From a bacterium (GTDB taxonomy: Bacteria; Bacillota_I; Bacilli_A; RF39; UBA660), in contig JAUNMG010000003.1 of NCBI GenBank assembly GCA_030531905.1, forward strand, positions 3,641 through 67,640: a stretch of DNA of 64,000 nt, in the 5' to 3' direction. This document shows, piece after piece, positions 38,109 to 45,858 of the stretch; position 1 is the stretch's first letter, and every line of letters starts with the position of its first letter. Under the pieces are notes generated by a model. It saw only the letters and a list, made by a program, of their open reading frames with translations, did not search any database and had not been told where the DNA came from. A program made the position numbers and the translations under genes.

Positions 38109-38339
38109 ACCTCCCGCATTTATGTGATTAGACACAAGTATAACATCTTCATCTCTACCATATAATTGATCTACTTTAGCAATTCGTTCATTTTTAGGTA
38201 AAGAAACATCCTCTGTCCTCGTCATCTTTGCAGGTATACCAAGCTGATTTAACCTATTAAATATATACTCAGCTGCTTGTAGGGTAAAATCTTTCTCCAA
38301 AATATTTCCATTAACTGCTCCACTATCAACGCCACCGTG
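38109..38339 (-). pseudogene. Amidase fragment 2 of 3: N-terminal half of the Amidase_3 domain
   Basis: The frame opens just after a TGA and reads HGGVDSGAVNGNILEKDFTLQAAEYIFNRL...DVILVSNHINAGG. It then runs into element A sequence (DEFSYHYII, stop at 38079). It has no start codon of its own. Confidence 0.85.
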
Positions 38340-38395
38340 TCAGGTATCGGTTTTCCCCAAAAACTACATATTTTATAAAATTTATAGGTTATATA

Positions 38396-40000
38396 CTATA
38401 AATCAAGATTCCATTCAATCCTAATTTCTCTAGTATTCGTTTCTTTATTCAGCTTTCCAACATATATTCTCTCAATAAATTCATCTATAATTGTTTTATT
38501 AAGTTCTTTTATATTCTTGTATTTTTTTAGTATGCTTTCTATATCTACTGAATTTTCTTTTCTTATTTCTACATTATCTAACTCTTGTAATATTTCATTT
38601 AATCTCATTTGATAATTTTCTACTTCTTTAGAATAATCTTCTCTCAACATTTTAAAATCTTCATCAGTAAGAATTCCTTTTATTTTATCCTCATATAGAT
38701 TTTTGAAATATAGTTTTTTTTCATTCAGTTTCTTTTCAATATTTGCTTTTTCTTTATTAAGGTTAGTAATTTTAGTTTCTTGTTGATTATCTTTATTAAT
38801 CTCTCGTGTAATTTCTTCTTTTAATTTTGTTTTATTACACTTATCTAATAAATCGTTAATTGCGTTTAATACAAATTCCTGTATTATATCTAGTCTAATT
38901 GATCTATTATTATCGCAAGTGTGATATTTTTTATTGCCCTTACATTGTAAGTATTCCCTTTTTTCAATAACCCCACCTGCACATTTAATATTGCATTGAT
39001 TTCTCATAAAAACTCTACCACATTCCTCGCAATAAACCTTCTGGCTTAACATATGAATTTTACCATTTTTCATTGGCTTTTCATGTTTGCCTAATCTTCT
39101 TTGTACTGCATTCCAAGTTTCCATATCAATAATTGCCTCATGTGTATTTTCAGTTCTACACCAATCTTTTTTAGGAACTTGTCTTGATTTATGATTTTTA
39201 TAACTAATATTTGTTCTTTTTCCTTGCACTAAATTACCAATGTATACTTCATTACGAAGCATTTTAGCAATTGTATCAGGTGTCCAAATACCAGTTGTTT
39301 CATAATTAAAGTTGCAACACACAAAATTGCTACCAATAGATTTTTTATAAAGTGAGGGTGGTAAAATACCTCTTTCATTTAAAGATTCACAAATCTTATA
39401 ATAACCAAGTCCACTATTATATTTATCAAAGATTTCTTTTACAACATAAGCAACATTTTCATCAACAATAAGTTTGTGTTTATCATTAGGATCTTTTAAA
39501 TAACCATAAGATGCAAAACTTCCCATCCACATTCCATCTTCTCTTTTATTCTTTAAAGACCTTTTGATATTATCTGACAAATCTTCTAAATACCATTCAT
39601 TAACAAGTCCATTTATTTGTCTTTGCTTTTTATTTGATTGAATGTTAGTGTCTGCATTGTCTACAATACTTACAAATCTAACTCCCCATTCAACAAACTT
39701 ATTATGAAGATATTTTTCTATTACTTCCATATCCCTTGAAAATCTGCTTTGTGTTTTACATAAAACAGTATTTATACGACCACTTTCACAATCTTTAATC
39801 ATTCTTTCAAAATCTGGTCTATAAGTTCCTGCTCCTGAAAAGTCATCATCTGAATAAATATCTATAACTTCCCAACCTTGTTCAATAGCATATTTTAATA
39901 GCATACTTTTTTGATTAGCGATTGACTCACTATCATCATTTTTGTTTTTCTTGAATCTATCCTCATCAGATAGTCTACAATATACACCTACCTTTTCCAT
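38396..40000 (-). CDS. Large serine recombinase
   Basis: 534 aa. It has VGVYCRLSDED (catalytic Ser), SRFSRD, a recombinase domain, a Cys-rich zinc ribbon (CEECG...C) and a C-terminal coiled coil. It is clearly a paralog of the element A enzyme but divergent. Confidence 0.9.
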   Translation of the reverse strand: MEKVGVYCRLSDEDRFKKNKNDDSESIANQKSMLLKYAIEQGWEVIDIYSDDDFSGAGTYRPDFERMIKDCESGRINTVLCKTQSRFSRDMEVIEKYLHNKFVEWGVRFVSIVDNADTNIQSNKKQRQINGLVNEWYLEDLSDNIKRSLKNKREDGMWMGSFASYGYLKDPNDKHKLIVDENVAYVVKEIFDKYNSGLGYYKICESLNERGILPPSLYKKSIGSNFVCCNFNYETTGIWTPDTIAKMLRNEVYIGNLVQGKRTNISYKNHKSRQVPKKDWCRTENTHEAIIDMETWNAVQRRLGKHEKPMKNGKIHMLSQKVYCEECGRVFMRNQCNIKCAGGVIEKREYLQCKGNKKYHTCDNNRSIRLDIIQEFVLNAINDLLDKCNKTKLKEEITREINKDNQQETKITNLNKEKANIEKKLNEKKLYFKNLYEDKIKGILTDEDFKMLREDYSKEVENYQMRLNEILQELDNVEIRKENSVDIESILKKYKNIKELNKTIIDEFIERIYVGKLNKETNTREIRIEWNLDL

Positions 40001-40283
40001 TTGCTACACCTCAACTTTCGTGAGTTATAACAAACTGATTTATCAAGGTAATTATACTTCATTTTAAGAATTATTTAAAGCCACGCTTGTATTATTCTCT
40101 AAATTTAGTATTACTTTTAACAATTTCTTTGTAATTATATCTTCTAATTCCTCATCTGTTTTTATCAAATTATTCTTATATTTAAAACTTACATTATATA
40201 CTACCTCCAATTTACTTCCCCCTTTTTTCATATTCTATAAATAATTCCCTCCTGTTCTATTGTTCATTCAAACACATCCTTTC

Positions 40284-40802
40284 TTAATTAAATTCACTTA
40301 ATAACTCCTCCATTTCTTTCATTTCTTCTGGTGTACATTCTTTACTTTCACATCGTTTTCCATTCCATAACATTACACCATCTGAATCGTAACTAATTGT
40401 TGGTTCACAATTTTTAAAATTAGTATTATTTATATTATTATTTTTCTTTTTATAATCTTTTCTTTTCTGTTGGTAATTTTCTTCTACCATAACAGGTAAA
40501 TTTTTTTCTGATACTTTGGAATTTTCTTCCATCACAATTTTAGGATTCATATAAATATGCCTATCTTTTTTTACATATTCAATATATATAAATCCTAATT
40601 TTTTTAACTTTGATAAAGAATTTGAGATTGTTTTAGTACCTACATTTAACTCTTTAGAGAAATAATCATTACTTGCGTAACAATATTCCTTATTATTAGA
40701 TAGTGAGTTAATCACACCCATCACCAACTTGTCTGTTGAAGAACAAGATGGATCATTTAATACTATTCTTGGAACAGCTGTAAAATACCTTATGAATGCC
40801 AT
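40284..40802 (-). CDS. Winged-helix DNA-binding protein (replication-initiator/DnaD-N-like)
   Basis: 172 aa. AVPRIVLNDPSCSSTDKLVMGVINSL..., YASNDYFSKELNVGTKTISNSLSKLKKLGFI is a pattern common in ICE/plasmid replication or maintenance proteins. Confidence 0.5.
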   Translation of the reverse strand: MAFIRYFTAVPRIVLNDPSCSSTDKLVMGVINSLSNNKEYCYASNDYFSKELNVGTKTISNSLSKLKKLGFIYIEYVKKDRHIYMNPKIVMEENSKVSEKNLPVMVEENYQQKRKDYKKKNNNINNTNFKNCEPTISYDSDGVMLWNGKRCESKECTPEEMKEMEELLSEFN

Positions 40803-40916
40803 AGTATTCCTTTCTGTTAATATATAGTTTTTGGGTAATTAACCTATTTGGGTTAAAATTATAGGTACTAACATAAGCCTCCCATATCTTACTGTACCTT
40901 AATTCACAAGTGTTAT

Positions 40917-41210
40917 TTAACAATCTTGTAAATGTATTTGATACATTCCAGAATCATATTCTTTAAATACCAGATACTTAAACTTTTCTAACTTTTCAAG
41001 ATTTCTTTTTAATCCTTGATTAGTTATTTTTACAACCTGTTGTATTTCTCCAATATTTAAATCTGTAATGATTCTTTCAAATCCTTTTGTAAATATATAT
41101 TCATATATAATTTTACATTCAGGTTTGATTCTTTTATCTTTAAGAATCTTTTCAGGTATTTCTAATTTCTTTATTTTCATTAGTTCCCTCCTTTCTTTTA
41201 AAATTAACAC
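40917..41210 (-). CDS. Small winged-helix DNA-binding protein
   Basis: 97 aa. It has a similar KIIYEYI......ITDLNIGEIQQVVKITNQGLKRNLEKLEKFKYL wHTH pattern and diverges from the XRE gene. Confidence 0.45.
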   Translation of the reverse strand: MLILKERRELMKIKKLEIPEKILKDKRIKPECKIIYEYIFTKGFERIITDLNIGEIQQVVKITNQGLKRNLEKLEKFKYLVFKEYDSGMYQIHLQDC

Positions 41211-41353
41211 TTCACTTTATATTGTTAATTTTCGTTAACACCTATAATATACATCGTAATTACTATGCTGTCAACACTTTTATTAACATTTTTATTATTT
41301 TTGTTGATTTTTGTTAACACATATGCTATTATTAGTGTGTGAGGTGTATTATT

Positions 41354-41857
41354 ATGCAAGAAAAAAAGATTGGCGAAGTAATTGCCAATGCTAGAGAAAA
41401 TGCAGGTCTTTCTCAAAGACAGCTTGCAAAGGTTGCTAAAATAAGTAATGCTGAATTATCAAAAATTGAATCTGGTGAACGTGAAATACCAAATCCTAAA
41501 ACATTAAGAAAGATAAGCAAATACATAAATGTTAATTATAATGAAATGATGAACATGATTGGTTTAGGAATGGAAGTAAGCACTTTAAATCCATTTATTA
41601 AAGATTACTATGATAAAATGAATCTAGATCAACTTAATGAAGCAGAAATGAATGTTTTTGGTAGTATAACTAATTCAAAACAATTAGTAGAATCGTGTAA
41701 GAAAAATTTAGAGAAAGATAACATATCAGAACAAGAAAAAGATTTATTACTACATACTATTGAAGATACTGAATATCAAATCAATACTTCAACTGCAATT
41801 ATTGAATTAATTCAAACATTAAAGATAAAGGAGAGAAATAAAAATGCAAAAAAATAA
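41354..41857 (+). CDS. XRE-family HTH regulator (repressor-like) with a helical C-terminal extension
   Basis: The HTH_3 region reads IGEVIANARENAGLSQRQLAKVAKISNAELSKIESGEREIPNPKTLRKISKYI. The start is set at the ATG preceded by GAGGTG. Confidence 0.75.
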   Translation: MQEKKIGEVIANARENAGLSQRQLAKVAKISNAELSKIESGEREIPNPKTLRKISKYINVNYNEMMNMIGLGMEVSTLNPFIKDYYDKMNLDQLNEAEMNVFGSITNSKQLVESCKKNLEKDNISEQEKDLLLHTIEDTEYQINTSTAIIELIQTLKIKERNKNAKK

Positions 41858-42287
41858 AAATTTAATTAGGAATATTGCTATTGTATTATTAAATGTTTTA
41901 TTAGTAGTTAGTTTAGTATTAGCGTTAGTTTTAAAAAATAATTTTGGGTATAATTTATATTGGGTTGCAACACCATTTTTAATGGTATTAGTTTTATCAG
42001 TAATTCAAAAATGGAGTGTTAGAGGATTAAATGCTGATACTCAAGAATCAAAAACAATACAAAGAGCATTTGATGATACTACTACATTATCAACTGTATT
42101 TTTTGGATTAATATATTTAATAATACAATTTATTGATTGGCAAAAAGAAAAAATAATAAATAATCCTTATGTAATAATTGGTTTCTTTATAGTAATGGTA
42201 GTTTATGAATTATTTACTTATTTAGCAATATATAACGCTAAAAAAGAAACTGCAAAATTATTAGAAAAAATATATAATAAAAAATAA
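41844..42287 (+). CDS. Membrane protein, 147 aa, 4 TM
   Basis: A hydrophobic ORF overlapping the XRE gene end by 14 nt. Confidence 0.45.
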   Translation: MQKNKNLIRNIAIVLLNVLLVVSLVLALVLKNNFGYNLYWVATPFLMVLVLSVIQKWSVRGLNADTQESKTIQRAFDDTTTLSTVFFGLIYLIIQFIDWQKEKIINNPYVIIGFFIVMVVYELFTYLAIYNAKKETAKLLEKIYNKK

Positions 42288-42320
42288 AAGTCCTTTGCAA
42301 GTAATTGCATTGGACTTTTT
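42288..42320 (+). terminator. Rho-independent terminator
   Basis: AAAGTCC-TT-TGCAA-gtaa-TTGCA-TT-GGACTTT followed by TTT. Confidence 0.65.
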
Positions 42321-42505
42321 ATAACGACTCAGGGCTTCTAAAGATTCCTGAGTTCCAATCAATAAATATTTATCATAAATAATTGCTTGTGTCAATTATT
42401 TAGATAAATTTATTAAAAAATGCGTGGCACGTTTTGTCAGCTTTGCTGATGAAAGTGGCGATAGCATTTTTTCTTTTTTATGAAAACGAAAGTTGAATAA
42501 AAAAG

Positions 42506-42544
42506 AGTAATACCTTTGCTTACGAAGTTTGCATTGGTATTACT
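42506..42544. other. Hairpin H1 with the 11-nt loop TTACGAAGTTT
   Basis: AGTAATACC-TT-TGC-[TTACGAAGTTT]-GCA-TT-GGTATTACT. Confidence 0.6.
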
Positions 42545-42577
42545 TAAAAGGGGTTTCAAAAGGGTATTCTCCCTTTG

Positions 42578-42635
42578 CACACTGATATTGGCGAGCCAAT
42601 ATCGTAGTGTGTTACTAACTTGTCTAAAAGTTAGT
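42578..42635 (+). other. Candidate MobV-type oriT (hairpin plus GTGTG/TT nick-like motif)
   Basis: CACACT-GATATTGGC-GA-GCCAATATC-GT-AGTGTG is followed by TTACTAACTT-gtctaa-AAGTTAGT. The TAGTGTGTTA core resembles the nick region I recall for pMV158-family (MobM) oriT, 5'-GTGTG/TT-3'. Confidence 0.45.
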
Positions 42636-42641
42636 CAATAA

Positions 42642-42680
42642 CGAGAATCCATTAGTTACGAAGTTTCTTTTGGATTCTCG
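42642..42680. other. Hairpin H2 with the same 11-nt loop TTACGAAGTTT
   Basis: CGAGAATCCA-TT-AG-[TTACGAAGTTT]-CT-TT-TGGATTCTCG. The stem sequence is unrelated to H1 but the loop is identical. Confidence 0.6.
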
Positions 42681-42686
42681 CAAATT

Positions 42687-43025
42687 TTAATCTATAAGTT
42701 CTATTTTTGTTGTACCAATTTGTGCTGGATAACTTTCATTTATTAAACCTTCATAAGTTATTTTTACTTTTGAATCTATTTTGCAAGAGTTAAAGCCATC
42801 AACATATTCAATTCTAAACTTATCACTGGATTTATATTCTTCTTCTGTATTATCTGGTTTAACAATCATAGAATTTTGTTCACACTCAACAATTATTCCT
42901 TTAAATGTATGAACATCATCTTTTGAATTTAATTTGTCTTTCCCATCTGATTTATTACATCCAGTTAATCCTAATACCATAACCCCACAAAGTAAAATAG
43001 TTAATATTGTCTTTTTCATAATCAA
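42687..43025 (-). CDS. Small lipoprotein (DUF3221/YobA-like)
   Basis: 112 aa with a lipobox LGLTGC. It is a short beta-rich mature domain. Confidence 0.55.
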   Translation of the reverse strand: MIMKKTILTILLCGVMVLGLTGCNKSDGKDKLNSKDDVHTFKGIIVECEQNSMIVKPDNTEEEYKSSDKFRIEYVDGFNSCKIDSKVKITYEGLINESYPAQIGTTKIELID

Positions 43026-43057
43026 TCCTCCATTTCAACAAATTTACTATTTAAAGA

Positions 43058-43717
43058 TTAAATTAATTTTATATAATTATTATATACTTTCATAAATTCA
43101 GAATGAGTATCAATAACTATCTCATATGTATTTGATCCTATTTGAATAATTAGTCCATCTTTTGCTTCTTGTATTGAAGTAATTTTCTCGTGTGGTTTAT
43201 CAAAGCTTACATTTTGTGAAGAATAAATTAATCTTTTTGTTGTTAAATATAATGTACCAAAATATTTAGTCCTTTGAGTTTCTCTAATAGCTCTACTTCC
43301 ACTTGCACCTGTTCTATATGAAATTCCTTTTGCTATTCTAATACTTACACCATTATTTCTACCTGTATAACCAGTTGTAATAGTCTTATCTTTAAATGTA
43401 TATCCTTTATCCATATAACAACAAAATTCATTTTCTTCAAGATTTAAGTTTGGTGTGTTAATACAAGGCATATCCCCATTATTAATTTGCTTAATAACAT
43501 CATAACTCATTAAAGATCCAGCTCCATTTATATGGAACAAATCTCTCGTTACAGCTATAACATCCTTAAACCATCCTATCATAAAAATTCCACCAGTAAA
43601 TAAATATAATATACCCATACCAATTTCACCATTCATAAATTTATGGATACCAAAAGGGCCTCCAAATAAAACTATAAAGAAATCTCTTATTTTTTTCATA
43701 TTATCTACAAACCTCAC
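43058..43717 (-). CDS. TM2-domain membrane protein with a C-terminal soluble (PH/GRAM-like?) domain
   Basis: 219 aa. GGPFGIHKFMNGEIGMGILYLFTGGIFMIGWFKD is a TM2 signature. The C-terminal about 130 aa are beta-rich. Confidence 0.6.
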   Translation of the reverse strand: MRFVDNMKKIRDFFIVLFGGPFGIHKFMNGEIGMGILYLFTGGIFMIGWFKDVIAVTRDLFHINGAGSLMSYDVIKQINNGDMPCINTPNLNLEENEFCCYMDKGYTFKDKTITTGYTGRNNGVSIRIAKGISYRTGASGSRAIRETQRTKYFGTLYLTTKRLIYSSQNVSFDKPHEKITSIQEAKDGLIIQIGSNTYEIVIDTHSEFMKVYNNYIKLI

Positions 43718-43913
43718 TATCTATTTTTAATTCACTTTTAACAAGATGCATTGGAATTAATATATCTCGCTTGCTTTCTGGAATATAATAATTTTTCTCT
43801 TTAGCAATTTCAAGTAAATGTTTCATTACCCTTTCCGCGTTTCTTCTTCCGCACCCTAATATCGATTGCAATTCTTTTATATTTATATATACTTTTTCCA
43901 TCAAAACCTCCAA
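43701..43913 (-). CDS. Small HTH protein, excisionase/AlpA-like candidate
   Basis: 70 aa. INIKELQSILGCGRRNAERVMK is an HTH-like segment. Its size and position are typical of element-encoded Xis-type proteins. Confidence 0.45.
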   Translation of the reverse strand: MEVLMEKVYINIKELQSILGCGRRNAERVMKHLLEIAKEKNYYIPESKRDILIPMHLVKSELKIDSEVCR

Positions 43914-43935
43914 TTTATTAAATCAATCCTTATAA

Positions 43936-44073
43936 TTATTTTTCACTTGAATTGTATAAAAGGTTTATAGAATCTTGAATTCTCTTTATAATTTCTTTTT
44001 TCTTTTCTTCTGATGGTGGATTCATTACAACAACTTTAAGTTCTTTCTTTTGTTTTTTCTTTTTCTTCTCCAT
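43936..44073 (-). CDS. Small Lys-rich protein, 45 aa; not in the ORF track
   Basis: MEKKKKKQKKELKVVVMNPPSEEKKKEIIKRIQDSINLLYNSSEK, with RBS AAAGGAG. It sits between two co-directional genes. Confidence 0.3.
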   Translation of the reverse strand: MEKKKKKQKKELKVVVMNPPSEEKKKEIIKRIQDSINLLYNSSEK

Positions 44074-44086
44074 AAAATAAACTCCT

Positions 44087-44404
44087 TTACTTATTTTTTA
44101 ACAATTCAAGCAAATCATCTTTAAGTAATATAAAATTATTATTTATTTCATCTAATCTTTTTTCTATTCCATCTATCAAACATTGATCCAATTTACCATT
44201 TTTATATGCAATAAGCCTATCTGGAATTATATAATAACTCCATTTGTTAACTCTTTTTATAGCATAGCCAATAGGTATTTTTTGTTCCCTTAAGCCTATA
44301 GCAACAGCCATTGGCGGAATTCCTAAATATTCTCCTGCTACTTTTGTAGTAATATTTTTAATGTTTCTCATATTATCATCTGTATACTTATTCATAAATC
44401 TCAC
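44087..44404 (-). CDS. Hypothetical protein, 105 aa (possible HTH)
   Basis: ITTKVAGEYLGIPPMAVAIGLREQKIP resembles an HTH. It is the last gene of the 46917-44087 co-directional block. Confidence 0.4.
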   Translation of the reverse strand: MRFMNKYTDDNMRNIKNITTKVAGEYLGIPPMAVAIGLREQKIPIGYAIKRVNKWSYYIIPDRLIAYKNGKLDQCLIDGIEKRLDEINNNFILLKDDLLELLKNK

Positions 44405-44411
44405 ATACTTT

Positions 44412-45542
44412 TTAATTTAAATATTTTAATAAATCATCTTCGCCAATAATTTGTATTGATTTACCTTTTTCATTTAACTCCATAGCTTTTTGGACTTTTC
44501 CACCATAGTTACCAAATTTCCAAGCTTCACTTCCTGAACCTCCAACTATTAAATAATTTAATTTAGAATTAACACCTTTACTAATTATTCCGCCTTTATT
44601 AACGATTTTATTTTCAACTTCTTCTTTTGATCCACTATTAAATGTACCTGTTAAACAAAAATTCATATTTTCAAAAATAATATCACTATCATTTTTATTT
44701 TCCTCTAAAGGATTAATAAATTCATTAAAAATTGATATTAATTCTATATATTCTTCATCACTAACTTTTCCATCAAGAAGAACGCTTTTTACTATATTAT
44801 TTATTTTATCAAAAGGATAATTACCAATTAACTGTGTATTATCATTTAACCAACTATTGAGAGAATATATTTCTTCTAATTCTATTTTTTGATCCTCCAT
44901 TATAGTTTCAATTATACTTTTCAATACTTGTAATGATTTAGTATCATCACTATAAACAACTTTCATACCAGTAGAACGATTTTTATTTTCAATGTAATTA
45001 TATTCTTCTACATCATTTTCATCTATATCATAATTATCTTTTATATAATTAAAAATATCTAAACAAGCCATTGTATCAAATAAAGCATTGTGATGTTCTT
45101 CAAGTTTTATTCCTAAATAATCACAAACATAATCTAATTTATAATGACTTATATCTAAATATTTTTGTGATAATTTTTGAGTACATATTATTTTTAGTGT
45201 TGGAAGTATAATATTATATTTTTGCAATGTTTTAGTAATAACACTCAAATCATATTTAATACCATGACCCACAATAATACTATTTGTTAATATTTCTTCA
45301 TTATCTTTCCAGAATTTATCAAATGTCAGAGAATCCTTAACCATATTAGGTGTAATTTTATTTACCCTCATATTTATTTCATCAAATCTATCTTCTGGAT
45401 TTATCAATACATTTTCCTTTTTTACAACTTCATTATTTTTTACCTGAATAAAAGCTATAGAACAAATAGAATCTGCTTTTGTATTTGGATTTTCTATATC
45501 TAATACTATAAAATCTTTGATATTTAATTTAGTTTCTACCAT
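44412..45542 (-). CDS. DEDDh (DnaQ-like) 3'-5' exonuclease fused to a helical middle domain and a C-terminal BRCT domain
   Basis: 376 aa. It has ExoI FIVLDIENPN, ExoII IVGHGIKYDLSV and ExoIII HHNALFDTMA. The C-terminus FCLTGTF....EVENKIVNKGGIISKGVNSKLNYLIVGG...KVQKAMELNEKG..IQIIGEDDL is BRCT-like, as in NAD-ligase. Confidence 0.75.
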   Translation of the reverse strand: MVETKLNIKDFIVLDIENPNTKADSICSIAFIQVKNNEVVKKENVLINPEDRFDEINMRVNKITPNMVKDSLTFDKFWKDNEEILTNSIIVGHGIKYDLSVITKTLQKYNIILPTLKIICTQKLSQKYLDISHYKLDYVCDYLGIKLEEHHNALFDTMACLDIFNYIKDNYDIDENDVEEYNYIENKNRSTGMKVVYSDDTKSLQVLKSIIETIMEDQKIELEEIYSLNSWLNDNTQLIGNYPFDKINNIVKSVLLDGKVSDEEYIELISIFNEFINPLEENKNDSDIIFENMNFCLTGTFNSGSKEEVENKIVNKGGIISKGVNSKLNYLIVGGSGSEAWKFGNYGGKVQKAMELNEKGKSIQIIGEDDLLKYLN

Positions 45543-45556
45543 AATTTACCTCTTTT

Positions 45557-45817
45557 CTAAATAAATGTATATCTTTTATCTTTTTTCATCTTTTCAATTT
45601 CTTCTTGTGTATAAAACCAACTAGATGTATCAATACCTCTTTGTTCGCAACTTCTAGCTATATCATTGATTGTATCGTATAATTTAATCAATGATTTCCT
45701 TTTTTGTGCTACAGTCATTTGTGGTACATGAACAATAACTGTAGAATTACCAAATTTATATGTTATTTCTCTTTCTTCTTGAATAATATCTTCATCTTTT
45801 AACTCTTTTGAAAACAT
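45557..45817 (-). CDS. Hypothetical protein, 86 aa
   Basis: An ORF lying 14 nt upstream of the exonuclease gene. No motif was recognised. Confidence 0.4.
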   Translation of the reverse strand: MFSKELKDEDIIQEEREITYKFGNSTVIVHVPQMTVAQKRKSLIKLYDTINDIARSCEQRGIDTSSWFYTQEEIEKMKKDKRYTFI

Positions 45818-45858
45818 AAAATCATTCCTTTAACTATATTAATTATAACATTTTTTTG

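Noticed and set aside
42481-42501. A six-codon mini-ORF (ATGAAAACGAAAGTTGAATAA, MKTKVE) that could be an attenuator leader peptide.
   Set aside because: No plus-strand gene lies downstream for it to regulate and no adjacent RBS was seen. It is probably a chance ORF within the structured spacer.
42642-42680. Hairpin H2 as a simple terminator of the lipoprotein gene (42687-43025, minus strand).
   Set aside because: On the minus strand the stem is followed by TTATTGAC, not a U-run. Its loop is identical to that of H1 136 nt away, which a plain terminator would not need. A dual role cannot be excluded.
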